A program made the translations under genes and the position numbers. The notes under the pieces were generated by a model. The model did no database searches. It was given only the letters and a program-made list of their open reading frames with translations, and was not told the origin of the DNA. Source: Candidatus Latescibacterota bacterium (GTDB taxonomy: Bacteria > Latescibacterota > UBA2968 > UBA8231). From it: a DNA stretch of 64,000 bases. Shown one piece after another: positions 61,977-64,000 of this stretch (its first letter is position 1; each line of letters starts with the position of its first letter). The stretch spans positions 32,001 to 96,000 of the forward strand of contig CBDBIJ010000058.1 in the NCBI GenBank assembly GCA_965205655.1. Reading direction: 5' to 3'.

Positions 61977-63421
61977 ATGCCTGCCCTCTCTTTCGCGGAC
62001 TGGCGATTCGGATCGTCCTGCTCACCACCGACCTGCTGCTGTTCGGACTCGTCCTCTGCGTCGTCGGCTTTCTCATGGCGGCGCGCCGTCGCGAACACTA
62101 CCGTCAGGCATGGGCGCAATTCAGCGCCAGGCGCCTGCCCATGATTTGCGGCGGTGTCGTGCTGCTCTACGGTTTCGTCGGCCTGCTCGATTCGGCCCAT
62201 TTCCAACTGAGAGCCAGGACCGCGGGGGGCCTGCAACAGAACGACGAGCGGGAACAGCCGGTATACGCGCCGGAGGTGCTGTCGTTCGTCGACCTGATTT
62301 GCTCGGATCTGCGTCAGCGAACAGAAAAGACCTTTTCGGCACCCTTCGCCATCTATCAATCCACCAAGGAATCGATGACCGGTTCGGATGGCACGTCCGG
62401 ACGGGATTACCCGAGGCTCTTGTTCGCGGGCAGCCACCTGTCGGATCCGGACGACCGATTGAGCGACATCGTCAGCCTCGGTGGCAGAGGGCTTATGGCC
62501 GGCTTGCTCATTGCCGCCGTCGTGCTGGCGTTGACGATCGGCGCATCGACGTGGGCCGCCAGTCGCGTTTCCGGTCGTGATTGGAGAGCCGGCCTGAATC
62601 GCGGACTTGGAGTCGGCGGTTTTCTGGGCGCCATCATCGTCACCGTGACGACCGTGGCCCAGCTGTCGAGTCAGTATCACGTTCTCGGCACGGACCAGGT
62701 CGGACACGATGTCCTCTACCGAGCCCTGAAGGGCTGTCGCGTCGGCCTCGTGCTCGGCACATTGACGACGCTTATCGCCACGCCTCTGGCCATTCTCTTC
62801 GGCATCGCCGCCGGCTATCTTGGCGGCAAGATCGACGACGCCATTCAATACATTTACACGACACTCAGCTCCATCCCCGAGATACTCCTCATCGCCGCCG
62901 CGATGCTCATCGTCACTACGTCGGCAGCGAGCGGGCTGACCATCTACGCCGCCGACAAGCGCCTCGTATGGCTTTGCGTAGTGATTGGGATCGGCGGCTG
63001 GACCGGGCTGTGCCGTCTCATCCGCGGTGAGACCCTCAAGCTGCGCGAGCTTGAGTACGTCCAGGCGGCAGAGGCGCTGGGGGTGGGTGCCGCCAAGATC
63101 ATGACGCGTCACATCCTGCCGAATGTCACCCACCTCGTGCTCATCTCCATGCTCCTCCGCTTCAGCGGCCTCGTGTTGACGGAAGCGGTTCTGGCGTACG
63201 CGAACATCGGCGTCCACCCGGCCATGGACAGCTGGGGGAAGATGATCAACGGCGCCCGTCTCGACATTTCGCGCGATCCGATCGTGTGGTGGAATCTGCT
63301 CGCCGCCTTCCTCTTCATGTTCGGCCTGGTGCTGCCGGCCAACATTTTCGGAGACGCAGTGCGGGATGCCCTCGATCCGCGCCTCAAAGCCGAGGGTCAG
63401 CCAGAAGCCGGGGGCAGATGA
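61977..63421 (+). CDS. Peptide ABC permease, OppC/DppC type (probable 1-nt frameshift near 62010)
   Basis: HVLGTDQVGHD, EYVQAAEALG, RHILPN, GDAVRDALDP; no in-frame ATG/GTG/TTG before the first TM, ATG 61977 lies in another frame. Confidence 0.85.
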
Positions 63422-63424
63422 CGG

Positions 63425-64000
63425 ATGACTGATCAGATTGAGAACCGAGAGCGGATGCTCGAACGGGCCGATGCGCTCCTCGACGTTGTGGACTTGCGCA
63501 CCTATTTCCGTACCTCCGACGGAATCGCCAAGGCCGTTGACGGGGTCTCCTTTCACATCCGCAAAGGCGAGACGTTCGCCCTCGTCGGTGAGTCGGGGAG
63601 CGGCAAGAGCGTCACGGCCCTGTCGATCATCCAGCTCGTGCAACAGCCTGCGGGCTACATCGCCTCGGGAAGTATCTCTTACCAGGGCGTCGATGTCGTC
63701 CGCCTGCCGGAAATGGAAAAGCGGAGGCTGCGCGGCAACGACATCTCCATGATCTTCCAGGAGCCTATGACAAGCCTGAATCCGGTACTCACGGTTGAGG
63801 CGCAGATCACAGAGACCATCCGCCAGCACCAGCAGGTCAATCGCGCCGAGGCGCGCGCCCGCGCCCTGGAGATGCTCGAACTCGTGCGGATGCCCGAACC
63901 AGCCCAGCGCCTGCGCGAGTATCCGCATCAGCTGTCCGGCGGCATGTGCCAGCGGGTCATGATCGCCATCGCCCTGGCCTGCCAGCCCGGTTTGCTCATC
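63425..64000 (+). CDS. Peptide ABC ATPase, OppD/DppD type (3'-truncated)
   Basis: AVDGVSF, VGESGSGKSVTA, MIFQEPMTSLNP, YPHQLSGGMCQR. Confidence 0.93.
   Translation, partial: MTDQIENRERMLERADALLDVVDLRTYFRTSDGIAKAVDGVSFHIRKGETFALVGESGSGKSVTALSIIQLVQQPAGYIASGSISYQGVDVVRLPEMEKRRLRGNDISMIFQEPMTSLNPVLTVEAQITETIRQHQQVNRAEARARALEMLELVRMPEPAQRLREYPHQLSGGMCQRVMIAIALACQPGLLI

Noticed and set aside
61922..63928. 668-aa minus-strand ORF and similar long antisense ORFs (34623-35843, 14948-16111, 12605-13534)
   Set aside because: They mirror well-supported plus-strand genes and have no independent coding signal.

Overview
High-GC window from a diderm bacterium. The C-terminal NxPNPFNP/FlgD-Ig export tags, cohesin/dockerin-like modules and divergent 16S suggest an FCB-group lineage such as Latescibacterota; this is inference and needs 16S placement. 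Most of the window is housekeeping and envelope biogenesis: moaD-moaE, tsaD, ftsK-lolA, prfB (programmed +1 frameshift), lolC/E-lolD-mcsA-mcsB-clpC-bamA-skp-fabZ, pyrB, a complete rrn operon (16S, tRNA-Ile, 23S, 5S), a second EF-G, yebC-ruvCAB-tsaB-rimI-malK-like-holB-rsmA, ilvE and an Opp/Dpp transporter. Accessory content: six proteins with a T9SS-like C-terminal domain, including a ~1470-codon cohesin/Fn3/dockerin gene broken by three frameshifts with an ISAzo13-family element inserted in its probable promoter; a glycogenin-like GT8 glycosyltransferase; an unknown outer-membrane beta-barrel; a MoaD with a masked Gly-Gly; and an unannotated 37-aa basic protein. Several single-base indels, one inside 23S rRNA, suggest residual assembly errors, so frameshift-based claims need read-level checks. 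No CRISPR array was seen. All family assignments come from motif recognition, not database searches.
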